Of a DNA stretch of 36,649 nucleotides, positions 8,979-17,965 are shown in pieces. Both the position numbers and the translations under genes were made by a program. The notes under the pieces are model-generated. The model searched no databases, had not been told where the DNA came from, and worked only from the letters and a program-made list of their open reading frames with translations. The DNA is from a virus: positions 1 through 36,649 of IMG/VR virus record IMGVR_UViG_3300029793_000450; one strand, written 5' to 3'. Within the stretch, counting starts at the first letter, position 1, and each line of letters begins with the position of its first letter.

Positions 8979-9355
8979 AGAGATAAAGTTTAGAGGAAAA
9001 TCAAAACGGAGGATGGCATTATGGTGATTTAATGACAATGGAACATTTTACAAACGAAGATATATATCAAATAGGAGATTTTGAAAAATCATTTTGCTAT
9101 AAAGTTAATACAGAAACAATAGGACAATACACTGGACTACACGATAAAAACGGAAAAGAAATATATGAGGGAGATATAGTTGAAATAACAAGACCTTGCA
9201 TACTAGAAAGAGGAGAAGTCAAATTTATAAATGGTTGCTTTGCTATTAAATCTAAAGATACATTATTAATGCTATATGAATGTGAAATAAATAACTTTAA
9301 GTTAAAAGTAATAGGCAACATATACGATAATCCAGAGTTATTAGGAGGAGAATAG
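8971..9355 (+). CDS. YopX-family protein with +1 (CGGA) junction at 9007
   Basis: Frame 1 MNREIKFRGKSK, then +1 [G]GWHYGDLMTMEHF...NTETIGQYTGLHDKNGKEIYEGDIVEI; both halves are YopX signatures. Confidence 0.85.
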
Positions 9356-9357
9356 AT

Positions 9358-9573
9358 ATGTTAAAAATAAGAGATGATGTAGAACTAGAAGATTTAGAAA
9401 AATTTGGGTTTACAGTAGTTGATGATGATTATATTTGGTTAGAAGAACAAGAAAATATAGCAATAGACAGGTATAAAAGAACAATACATATGTTTTCAAA
9501 TTATGAAGATGAATTTTATAATTTAGAAGTAATATATGACCTAATCAAAGCAGATTTAGTAGTAAAGGAGTAA
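9358..9573 (+). CDS. Hypothetical protein
   Basis: Intact ORF, operonic context. Confidence 0.5.
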   Translation: MLKIRDDVELEDLEKFGFTVVDDDYIWLEEQENIAIDRYKRTIHMFSNYEDEFYNLEVIYDLIKADLVVKE

Positions 9574-9575
9574 AA

Positions 9576-10249
9576 ATGTATTATTGTTTATTTGAACAAA
9601 GCGGAACATTCAAAAATGAATTTAAAAAACTTCGGATATAAAGCAATAGATTATGACATACAAAATGAATTTAATGAAACAGATGTAGTAATAGACTTAT
9701 TCAAAGAAATAGAAAAGGCATATAACAAAGAAGAAAGTATATTTGACAACATAACAGAAAAAGATATGATTTTAGCATTTTTCCCTTGCGTAAGATTTGA
9801 GAATCAAATTGAGCTGCATTTTAGAGGAACTTGTAATTCGTTGAGAAAATGGTCAGATGAACAAAAACTAGAATATGACCTAAAATTACATAGAGAATTA
9901 GATTTGATGTATGAAACGATAACAAAATTAGCAATAGTGTGCATTAGAAAGAAAATACCATTAATAATTGAGAATCCATATTCAACAACGCACTATTTAG
10001 TCAAATATTGGGCTATACCAAGTAAGATTATAGATAAAGACAGAACTTTACGTGGAGATTACTACGAAAAGCCAACCCAGTACTGGTTCATAAATTGTGA
10101 ACCTAAATACAACATGATTTTTGAAGCCTATAGCTGGAATAAGAAGAAAAACATTGGACATACAAATCCACGGAGCAGAAAGAAGTTTAATAGCACCAGA
10201 ATACGCAAACAGATTTATAAGAGAATTTATAGTAGATGTAAAGGAGTAA
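9576..10249 (+). CDS. DNA (cytosine) methyltransferase-like phage protein with two +1 (CGGA) junctions at 9633 and 10171
   Basis: Frame-corrected: MYYCLFEQSGTFKNEFKKL[G]YKAIDYDIQNEFNETDVVIDLFKEIEKAY...FFPCVRFENQ...LIIENPYSTTHYL...NIGHTNP[G]AERSLIAPEYANRFIREFIVDVKE. The ERSxIxPEYAxxFIxxFI ending is typical of this family and is absent in the zero frame. Confidence 0.8.
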
Positions 10250-10256
10250 ACAATAT

Positions 10257-10442
10257 ATGGATAAAAAGGAAAAAGAAAAATTAATTTTAAGATTTATATA
10301 TATAATTTTATCAGATAATAGAAATCAAAATAGATATTGTACAACAATGTTTGGAAATTTAGACGAAGATAAAGTTGTGAGATTAGGGGATTGCATACAT
10401 TATCTAGAGAATAAATATCAAGAATTAGTAGGAGAGGAGTAA
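10257..10442 (+). CDS. Hypothetical protein
   Basis: MDKKEKEKLILRFIYIILSDNRNQNRYCTTMFGNLDEDKVVRLGD. Confidence 0.45.
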   Translation: MDKKEKEKLILRFIYIILSDNRNQNRYCTTMFGNLDEDKVVRLGDCIHYLENKYQELVGEE

Positions 10443-10449
10443 ATAAGAT

Positions 10450-10698
10450 ATGGACGAAAATAAAATATGTGAAGATAGGGAGCCTAAATATAATTATTGT
10501 ATTATAAAATATAAAGAATTATATTTAAAGGAATTTTCATTATATCCAAGAGTAGATTGTGAAAATAATGAAGTAACTTTTGAAGCTGATTATATATTTA
10601 CATCAGATTATAATCAAGCAAATAAATTTAAAATATCAGATGCAAATTATATAAGCTCGTTATTAAGAGAAGGGACTTCATTAAAATATATATATTAG
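10450..10698 (+). CDS. Hypothetical protein
   Basis: Intact small ORF. Confidence 0.45.
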   Translation: MDENKICEDREPKYNYCIIKYKELYLKEFSLYPRVDCENNEVTFEADYIFTSDYNQANKFKISDANYISSLLREGTSLKYIY

Positions 10699-10715
10699 AG
10701 AGGAGTAAATAAGAT

Positions 10716-11228
10716 ATGAAAGAAAAAACAGCTGATGAAGTTATATTAACACCGATGTATGAAGGCGAAGTATATAAATATCATGAATGCTCAAATTGTA
10801 AAAAAGAAATATACTTTGAAGAAGATATATTTCAACCATTTCATTTTGAAGAAAATATAAAATATTGCCCATTTTGTGGAAAAGAAGTAATAAGATATGC
10901 AAAACCAAAATTTATAGAAGAAATAAATTGGAATTGGTTAGATGAATACAAATCTGTTGTAGAAAAAATGTATAGAGAATTAGAATATATAATTTATTGT
11001 AAGCTAGATAAAGAACAAATAGACGAATTAGAAGAAAAGTCTGCAAGAGGAATGGAATATTTTGGACAGGATAGATGGTCTTTTCCATATAGCAATGGAA
11101 CTCTATGCGACATAATTCATCAAATAACAAGAACTAAAGTACATTATACGGAAAAACGAAAACTTGAAAAAGAGTTTGGAGGTATTTTAAGTGAAAGAAA
11201 AAATAAAAAGAATAATAGAAAAAATTAA
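10716..11228 (+). CDS. Zinc-ribbon containing hypothetical protein
   Basis: CSNCKKEI...KYCPFCGKEV. Confidence 0.55.
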   Translation: MKEKTADEVILTPMYEGEVYKYHECSNCKKEIYFEEDIFQPFHFEENIKYCPFCGKEVIRYAKPKFIEEINWNWLDEYKSVVEKMYRELEYIIYCKLDKEQIDELEEKSARGMEYFGQDRWSFPYSNGTLCDIIHQITRTKVHYTEKRKLEKEFGGILSERKNKKNNRKN

Positions 11229-11346
11229 AGATATATTTAGTTTACATTGCCCTGAATGTGGTGGAAGAATGAAATGCGAAGATTTTGATATGGAAATAGA
11301 CCATTTTGTATATAAGTGTGAAAAGTGTGGGAAGGAGTGGATTTAA
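11191..11346 (+). CDS. Small zinc-ribbon protein, GTG start
   Basis: LHCPECGGRMKCEDFDMEIDHFVYKCEKCGKEWI; overlaps the preceding gene. Confidence 0.5.
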   Translation: MKEKIKRIIEKIKDIFSLHCPECGGRMKCEDFDMEIDHFVYKCEKCGKEWI

Positions 11347-11510
11347 TGCAATTATTTGAAGATTTAATAAAATGTAAAGACTGTATGAATAATATAAATA
11401 ACAAGTGTATTTTATATCCAGGGAAAGATGTAAAAGAAGAAGATACAGGTTGCTATGTAGGAATAGATAGAAACAATAAACAAAAACTTGTAGGGGGGAG
11501 TTATAAGTGA
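11346..11510 (+). CDS. Small cysteine-rich hypothetical protein
   Basis: ATG 11346 is a better start than the track start: MQLFEDLIKCKDCMNNINNKCILYPG. Confidence 0.5.
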   Translation: MQLFEDLIKCKDCMNNINNKCILYPGKDVKEEDTGCYVGIDRNNKQKLVGGSYK

Positions 11511-11959
11511 AGGAAAATAATATTGAAGAAGATATAAAAATAGCAGTTGATAAATTTTCAGATAATAAAGATATAGATTCTGCCATGCTCATTGTTGAAA
11601 AGTTTATATTAGGAAACTATATTCTTTTAGGAGGTAATAGAGGAAATATTGTAAAAGATAGTTTACGATATATTTTATCAGATTATAAAAGAGTATTAAA
11701 AGAGAATGAAGAATTGAAAGAAGATAGAGATAAATTTAAAAAAGCATTAGGAAGAAGAATAACATATTGTAATGAATTAGAAAAAGATTTATTTGAGAAT
11801 AGTAGTAATTATGTTATTAAAAAACAAAAAGTAAAAGACAAGATAGAAGAATTAAAAAAGAAAGTAGAAGAGCTGACAGACGAGAAAGGTTATTGGGGTG
11901 GCAGTGATTTATTAGAACAGATAAAAGTTTTACAAGTATTATTAGAAAAGGAGAAATAG
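11507..11959 (+). CDS. Hypothetical coiled-coil phage protein
   Basis: Intact ORF. Confidence 0.5.
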   Translation: MKENNIEEDIKIAVDKFSDNKDIDSAMLIVEKFILGNYILLGGNRGNIVKDSLRYILSDYKRVLKENEELKEDRDKFKKALGRRITYCNELEKDLFENSSNYVIKKQKVKDKIEELKKKVEELTDEKGYWGGSDLLEQIKVLQVLLEKEK

Positions 11960-11960
11960 A

Positions 11961-12113
11961 ATGAAAGGTCCATTTAAAAAATTAAAAAAGAAGCGTTGCA
12001 AAGACTGTAAACATTTATTTAAAACTGATAATATGTTTGCTTGTTATAAGTCTGAGATTTATATAGAACCAGTAAAACTAATATGTTTTAAAAGAAAAAA
12101 GAAGGAGACTTAA
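11961..12113 (+). CDS. Small cysteine-containing protein (50 aa)
   Basis: RCKDCKHLFKTDNMFACYKSEIY; upstream AAAGGAG. Confidence 0.45.
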   Translation: MKGPFKKLKKKRCKDCKHLFKTDNMFACYKSEIYIEPVKLICFKRKKKET

Positions 12114-12116
12114 TTT

Positions 12117-12458
12117 ATGAATAATAAAAAAGCCATTAAAAGTTTAAAAGAATTTGCTTATACAACTCATGGAACTTTATCAGCAGAAGAAGCAAAAATA
12201 GTATTAAATTTAATAGAAAAACTGCAAAAAGCGAATAAAGAACTTACAAAATCAAATAAAACATTAAGTAAAACAGTAGATTTAATGAAAGAAGTTATAA
12301 ATGAAATGGCAAAACATATTTACTTGTTAGGATATTATGACTGCTTATATGAAGTATGTGACGATGATATGGACAGAGAATGTGAAGACTGCATAAAAGA
12401 ATATTTTTATAAAAAAGTAAAGGAGACAAAAGACAATGAAAGTACCAGAAGTATTTGA
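12117..12458 (+). CDS. Hypothetical phage protein
   Basis: Intact ORF with C-terminal CEVCDDDMDRECEDC. Confidence 0.45.
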   Translation: MNNKKAIKSLKEFAYTTHGTLSAEEAKIVLNLIEKLQKANKELTKSNKTLSKTVDLMKEVINEMAKHIYLLGYYDCLYEVCDDDMDRECEDCIKEYFYKKVKETKDNESTRSI

Positions 12459-12627
12459 AGGTATGAAAAAAGTAAAAGAATACCCAAATCACGTATTATA
12501 TGAGAGAAAAATAACAGACAAATGGGGCAGAGAACATAAAATAAAAGAATGTATTACATATCACGATCTAGGATTTACAACTAAACAAATAAGAGATAGA
12601 AAAATAAATGCAGGGTTGCATTTATAA
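12436..12627 (+). CDS. Hypothetical HTH-like small protein
   Basis: ECITYHDLGFTTKQIRDRKI. Confidence 0.45.
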   Translation: MKVPEVFEGMKKVKEYPNHVLYERKITDKWGREHKIKECITYHDLGFTTKQIRDRKINAGLHL

Positions 12628-12642
12628 ACGAAGGAGGAAAAC

Positions 12643-13072
12643 ATGGGAAGATTAAGTAAAGAAGAATATAGAGAAGCAAAAGGCTGCTTAAAAAGATATA
12701 ATTATAATTGTATTAATATAATAAATATTCAAAGAGATATATTAAATATAAGTGTAGCACCATGTGATGGATTACCCAAAGCTCCATATTCGGTTGGAGA
12801 TAATACTTTAAATAAAGTAATAAAGTTAGAAGAAAATGAAGAATTACAAAAATCAATTAGAGAATATAAAGCAGTTATTCAAGCACTGCTGTTAGTAGAT
12901 TCAATAGCAAACGATATATTTGAAGAGGAATATCAGAAGCGGCGAAGAAAACAAATGGAACATAATAGATAAGCTTAATATAAGTGAAGATGTTTATAAA
13001 AGAAGAAAAAGAAAACTTATATATACAGTACATAAAGAATTAAATAAAATAAAAGAAAACTTACAACCGTAA
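12643..13072 (+). CDS. ArpU/sigma-like late transcription regulator with +1 (CGGC) junction at 12940
   Basis: The zero frame ends ...EEYQKRRRKQMEHNR. The +1 frame gives ...EEYQK[G]EENKWNIIDKLNISEDVYKRRKRKLIYTVHKELNKIKENLQP, the expected C-terminal HTH, and stops right at a terminator. Confidence 0.78.
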
Positions 13073-13097
13073 AGGCTGTAAGTTTTTTAAAAAAAGT
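13062..13097 (+). terminator. Rho-independent terminator
   Basis: CTTACAaCC gtaaa GGcTGTAAG followed by T6; overlaps the stop of the frame-corrected regulator. Confidence 0.7.
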
Positions 13098-13168
13098 TTA
13101 AAAAAGCATTGACATACTACGCACAGTAGTGTATAATATATACATACCAAGAGGAAAGGGGTGAGAAA

Positions 13169-13288
13169 ATGATACTAAAGAAATTATTAAAAAAACAAAA
13201 AGAGCCGACCTTCATAAAGAAAGTCGACAAATGGCAAACTGAAATGTACTTATACAAATTAAATCAAGAACGACAAGCACAAAAGTAA
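13169..13288 (+). CDS. Small basic hypothetical protein (39 aa)
   Basis: RBS AAAGGGGTG; MILKKLLKKQKEPTFIKKVDKWQTEMYLYKLNQERQAQK. Confidence 0.4.
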   Translation: MILKKLLKKQKEPTFIKKVDKWQTEMYLYKLNQERQAQK

Positions 13289-13350
13289 GCCATAGTAGAG
13301 AGGGAAGTGCAATTCCCTCTTTGCAAATATTATAAAAGGGAAGTGATAAT

Positions 13351-13521
13351 ATGTCAAGAGATTATAAAAAAGAAAACGCATGGAAAAAGAATAAATATGA
13401 AGAAGTAAGAGGAAATATCGATAAAGAACTAGGAACAGAATTAAAAGCAAAACTAAAAGAAGAAGGAATATCAATAGCAGAATGGATTACTAATAATGCA
13501 AAAAAATATTTAAAAAAATAA
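13351..13521 (+). CDS. Small basic hypothetical protein (56 aa)
   Basis: RBS AAAGGGAAGTG; MSRDYKKENAWKKNKYEEVRGNIDKELGTELKAKLKEEGISIAEWITNNAKKYLKK. Confidence 0.5.
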   Translation: MSRDYKKENAWKKNKYEEVRGNIDKELGTELKAKLKEEGISIAEWITNNAKKYLKK

Positions 13522-13869
13522 ATTGCCCTTTTTTTGCCCTTTTTTTATAAAAAAACCGTGTTATAATTGTATTGTGAAAAAGTGAATATAAGTTCAAGAG
13601 CTAGAAAATAGCTCTTTTTTCATGCTTTCATATAATCAATGATACTAGATAGTTGATGTTTCCCCTTTTTATAAATTAAAATTGCTCTCCTAAAATAAAT
13701 TTATTATGAGTGATTCTAGTTATACTCGTATAAATAGTACGTAGCAATATAAAAAATCATTTAGTCTTGTTGTCGGAATGACATTGAAGCGAGCAAATAA
13801 GACTAACTCGCTATGATACATGTATTGTTACGTAGTGTTTATATTAATAAAACAAAGGATTAAAAGGAA

Positions 13870-14148
13870 ATGGTAAGTGAATTATGTCTAAAATACAAAT
13901 GCAAAGAGTGTCCAGAACAAGTCAAATGTTGCGGATGTGAACATAATTACATATTAATAAGAAATGAAACAGCAAGTAATCTATATAAATGCACAAAGTG
14001 TGGGAACAAATTAAGACTTAACAAAAATAATACTTGTTGTGAATGTATAAATCCGTGCAAGGACAAAGTACAAAGTGTAATAGATAAAGAGAAAGGAATA
14101 TATAAGAAGTGTAGCGGATTTGAAAAAGAGAAGGAAGACAAACTATAA
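13870..14148 (+). CDS. Multi-zinc-ribbon/Cys-rich hypothetical protein
   Basis: Four Cys clusters (CKYKCKECPEQVKCCGC, CTKCGNK, CCECINPC, CSGF). Confidence 0.5.
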   Translation: MVSELCLKYKCKECPEQVKCCGCEHNYILIRNETASNLYKCTKCGNKLRLNKNNTCCECINPCKDKVQSVIDKEKGIYKKCSGFEKEKEDKL

Positions 14149-14231
14149 AATTTAAGAATAATGCAAATTATGACAAAATTTGACACAAGAAAAATGCTAT
14201 AATATAATTGTCTAAAAAAGGAGATGATTAT

Positions 14232-14465
14232 ATGGCAAACTACACAACTATAACGAGTGACAAATCCAAAGGAAAAGCTATGGGATTATGCTGCTTAGGA
14301 TTTGTAGGACTTGGAGGAATACATGATTTTTATTTAGGAAATTATGGAAAAGGAATTGTTAAGATTTGCACTGCAAATTGGTTCTTAATAGGAACGATAG
14401 CAGACTTAGTTAAAATAGCTTCAGGAGGCTATAGAGATAACTCTGGACAGCCATTAAGACAATAA
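14232..14465 (+). CDS. TM2-domain membrane protein
   Basis: MANYTTITSDKSKGKAMGLCCLGFVGLGGIHDFYLGNYGKGIVKICT. Own promoter region: TTGACA at about 14178 and TATAAT at about 14198. Confidence 0.75.
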   Translation: MANYTTITSDKSKGKAMGLCCLGFVGLGGIHDFYLGNYGKGIVKICTANWFLIGTIADLVKIASGGYRDNSGQPLRQ

Positions 14466-14533
14466 AAACTTATAAGATATGAAGAGAGCACTTTAATAAG
14501 TGCTTTTTTATTTTGCTAAAAGGAGAAAGAAAA

Positions 14534-14701
14534 ATGATTAAAATATTATTAATAATTATATTAAGTCCAGTTACTATATTTTGTGGAATGTTGAGTATAG
14601 CAATTATGTGGGCAATACTTAATAAGATCAAAGAAAAAGCAATGAATTGTTCAAAAACAACAAACAACATATCAAACAACAGAGATGATAAGAAATGCTA
14701 A
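14534..14701 (+). CDS. Small membrane protein
   Basis: AAAAGGAG RBS; one TM helix. Confidence 0.4.
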   Translation: MIKILLIIILSPVTIFCGMLSIAIMWAILNKIKEKAMNCSKTTNNISNNRDDKKC

Positions 14702-15075
14702 AAACATGCAAATATTGTGGAATAGTACCATACAATCATGTGTGCCCATGCAAACCTAAAACAGAAAAAAAGACAACAGAGATAGATAGATTTAGATGGA
14801 CAAAAGCATGGCAAAAGAAAAGAGAAGAGATTAAACAAAGAGATTTGTATTTGTGCCAAATATGTATTAGAGAATTATATAATACAAAAAATAAATATAA
14901 TATGAACAACTTATCGGTGCATCATAACATACCGATAGACGAAGATTATAACAAAAGATTAGACAATAATAATCTTTTGACAGTATGTAGTGTACATCAC
15001 GAAATGTGCGAGAATGAAGAGATACCAAGAGAAATAGTACAGAAAATAATAGATGAGCAGGAGAAAGAAGATTGA
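14695..15075 (+). CDS. HNH endonuclease adjacent to the terminase
   Basis: RDLYLCQICIRELY...NLSVHHNIPIDEDYNKRLDNNNLLTVCSVHHEMCE. Confidence 0.88.
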   Translation: MLKTCKYCGIVPYNHVCPCKPKTEKKTTEIDRFRWTKAWQKKREEIKQRDLYLCQICIRELYNTKNKYNMNNLSVHHNIPIDEDYNKRLDNNNLLTVCSVHHEMCENEEIPREIVQKIIDEQEKED

Positions 15076-15269
15076 ATAGAATTGTTGGAGTATACAAAGC
15101 AGAAATATATGAATATGAAAATGGAGATATAAAAATAGCTTATGAATGCGATAAAGATAACAATTGCAAATGTAATAAAAAAAATTGTAAGAAGGATTGT
15201 TGTACACATACATTCGACAAAAGATTTGCCAAAAGTGAAATGAGAAAGGAAAATAAAATTGGATTATAA
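15072..15269 (+). CDS. Cys-rich hypothetical protein
   Basis: ECDKDNNCKCNKKNCKKDCCTH. Confidence 0.4.
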   Translation: MNRIVGVYKAEIYEYENGDIKIAYECDKDNNCKCNKKNCKKDCCTHTFDKRFAKSEMRKENKIGL

Positions 15270-15687
15270 AGATATTAGCATAGAAACAGCTGAGAAATTA
15301 TATAGGCAGAATAAAATTATATTTTTATGTGATGCTGACAGTAATAAGATAACAATAGAATACAACGAATGTACAAAAGAAATAATAGAAACTTTAGAAA
15401 GAGTTTTAAAGAAAATAGTTGAGACAGTAGAAACTGTAAGTCTATGTATCGTTAAAACATTTCGAGCCACATGGAAATACATAAGAAAATTACTAGAGAA
15501 GAAGATAAGTAAGAAAAAATTTATAAAATTATTACAAAGCAGAGGAATGCAAAGAAATCAAATCAATGCTATAGTATACAACAATAAAGATAAGTATACA
15601 TTACTTAGATATATAACAACTATCCCCCCTACCATAGTAAACAAAAAAATTAGAAGCGGGAACACCTACCTGCACCCCTTCGCTTAA
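15259..15687 (+). CDS. Hypothetical protein
   Basis: Intact ORF upstream of TerS. Confidence 0.4.
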   Translation: MDYKDISIETAEKLYRQNKIIFLCDADSNKITIEYNECTKEIIETLERVLKKIVETVETVSLCIVKTFRATWKYIRKLLEKKISKKKFIKLLQSRGMQRNQINAIVYNNKDKYTLLRYITTIPPTIVNKKIRSGNTYLHPFA

Positions 15688-15725
15688 AAAAAACTCCCAC
15701 ATCAAGAGAAAGGAGATAACATAAC

Positions 15726-16274
15726 ATGCCAACACCAACAAAGCCATTTGTAGTTCTTACTTCAGAAAAGAAAAGTCATAGAACTAAAGCCGAATTAAAG
15801 GCCAGAAAAGAAGGCGAAGAAGCATTAAAAAGCAATGAAAAAATAAAACCAAAAAAAGAAGTAAAAAAGAACAAAATTGCACATAAAGAATTTAAAAGAA
15901 TAGTAAGCTTACTAGAAAATATAGACAAGGCAGATGCGCTATATGAAAACGTGATTAATCGTTACGCATTGCTATATGCTGAATGCTATGAGTTTGAAGA
16001 AAAAAGAGAGAAGTTTTATGAAAAACTAGAAGAGGCAGAAAATGATTTTGATTTAGAAGATGAATGTTCATCAAAAAAGGAGTATTACAGCATAATAAAT
16101 TCTTTGGAAAAAAATATTATTGATTTAGACAAGCAAATTCAAAATAAAAGAAGATTAATGTTCGATATAGAAAAAGAAAATATCATGACAATAGCTTCAC
16201 AATTAAGAAGTATTCCTAAAAAAACAGATAAAAATGAAAGCGATCTTCTTAAAGTGTTAAGAGGTGAGGCATAA
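15726..16274 (+). CDS. terS: Terminase small subunit, P27-like
   Basis: MPTPTKPFVVLTSEKKSHRTKAELKARKEGEEAL; directly upstream of terL. Confidence 0.8.
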   Translation: MPTPTKPFVVLTSEKKSHRTKAELKARKEGEEALKSNEKIKPKKEVKKNKIAHKEFKRIVSLLENIDKADALYENVINRYALLYAECYEFEEKREKFYEKLEEAENDFDLEDECSSKKEYYSIINSLEKNIIDLDKQIQNKRRLMFDIEKENIMTIASQLRSIPKKTDKNESDLLKVLRGEA

Positions 16275-17953
16275 TGCTTTTAGAACAAGCAAAAAAATAT
16301 GCTGAAGATTGCATTTCTGGCAAAGAAATTACTACATTTGAAGTAAAAACGCAATGTGAATGGTTCTTAGAGGATTTAGAAAAGCAGAAGAACGAAAGTT
16401 ATCCATACTATTTTGATGAAAAACAAATAAAAATAATAGAAGGAGTTTTAAGATTACTAAATTATGCGACAGGATTAAACAATATTGTAGGGAAAAATAT
16501 ATTAGAAGGTTTGGAAAATTTCCAGGCTTTTTTTATTGCAAATATTTTTGGATGGAGATATAAAACAGACTCTAAAAAATATAGATATAGAGAAGTTATT
16601 TTATTTATAGCAAGGAAAAATACAAAAACATTTCTAGCAGCATTAATTTTCATAATATTAATGCTAACAGAAAGCGAATATAGTGAGTTTTATTCGATAT
16701 GTTTAGATAGAGATTTAGCAGGTGAAGTAAAAAAGGCTATTGCACAAATATTAAACGTTAGCCCATCAGTCAGAGATTATTTTAATATTCCAAAAACATT
16801 AAGTGGAAGGCTTGAATGCACTTTAACACATAGCTTTTATCAGCCACGTACTGCAGAGGCAAACAGAAACAATTCGATAAAACCGTCAGCTTTTATTGCG
16901 GATGAATATGGTGCAATGAAAGATAACTCAAATGTTGGAGCAATGAAAACTGGACAATTAAGTGTTAAAAATCCACTAATGTTCAAGTTGACAACAGCTT
17001 ATGCAGAAGACAAATCTATTATGCTTGATGAGCTAGAGTATTTAAAAAAGATATATAAAGGATTAGAAACAGACGACAGATTGTTTGCATTAGTATATTA
17101 TGCAAGTGAAGAGCATTTGTGGGATGATGTAGGGTTACAGATGGCAAATCCTTTAAGAGTAGAAGAAAATTACGAAGAAATACGAGACAATAGAAAGAAA
17201 GCACTAGCAAAACCAAGTGAAAGAGAAGAATATTTAACAAAAAACATGAATTATTTTGTTCCGAGCAACAGTGGAGAGGCTTATATTGAATTGGACAAAC
17301 TTAGACAATGTAGAAATATAAGAGGAACATTCGACTGGAGAAACAGAGATGTATATTTAGGTCTGGATTTAGCTATGTCAAATGATAATACTTCTGTTTC
17401 AATGGTAACGCTTGAAGATGATGTAATATTTGCTAAAAGTTGGGCTTTTATTCCAAAAGAAAAAATAGAAGAAAAAAACAAAAAAGAAAGAACTGACTAC
17501 AAGAGATTCATTGAGGATGGAAGTTGCTTTGCTTGTGGAAATCAAATAATTTCTTATGAATTTGTCGAAGATTTTATAATGAATATAGAAAAAAAGTATG
17601 GAGTTAACATTGTGCAAGTCGGATATGATAGATACAACTGTATTTCAACAGCTAATAAATTAGAAACTGCAGGTTATGAATGCGTTGAAGTAAAGCAACA
17701 CTCAAGTGTGTTACACCAGCCGACTAAATGGTTACAAGAAAGTATACTACAAAAGAAATTTAGCTATGACGGAGACAGGTTATATGAAATTAATTTTCAA
17801 AATGCAAGATGCACAGAAGACACAAATTTGAACAAATATGTTAATAAGAAAAAATCAAATGGAAAAGTGGATATGGTTGTAAGCACAATTATAGCCACTT
17901 ATTTATTGCAACAGGCATCACTTAATGATGGATTTGTAGTTCAAAGCTTTTAA
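16274..17953 (+). CDS. terL: Terminase large subunit
   Basis: RYREVILFIARKNTKTFLAALIFIIL, YLGLDLAMSNDNTSVSMV nuclease motif. Confidence 0.94.
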   Translation: MLLEQAKKYAEDCISGKEITTFEVKTQCEWFLEDLEKQKNESYPYYFDEKQIKIIEGVLRLLNYATGLNNIVGKNILEGLENFQAFFIANIFGWRYKTDSKKYRYREVILFIARKNTKTFLAALIFIILMLTESEYSEFYSICLDRDLAGEVKKAIAQILNVSPSVRDYFNIPKTLSGRLECTLTHSFYQPRTAEANRNNSIKPSAFIADEYGAMKDNSNVGAMKTGQLSVKNPLMFKLTTAYAEDKSIMLDELEYLKKIYKGLETDDRLFALVYYASEEHLWDDVGLQMANPLRVEENYEEIRDNRKKALAKPSEREEYLTKNMNYFVPSNSGEAYIELDKLRQCRNIRGTFDWRNRDVYLGLDLAMSNDNTSVSMVTLEDDVIFAKSWAFIPKEKIEEKNKKERTDYKRFIEDGSCFACGNQIISYEFVEDFIMNIEKKYGVNIVQVGYDRYNCISTANKLETAGYECVEVKQHSSVLHQPTKWLQESILQKKFSYDGDRLYEINFQNARCTEDTNLNKYVNKKKSNGKVDMVVSTIIATYLLQQASLNDGFVVQSF

Positions 17954-17965
17954 GGAGGTGATAAT

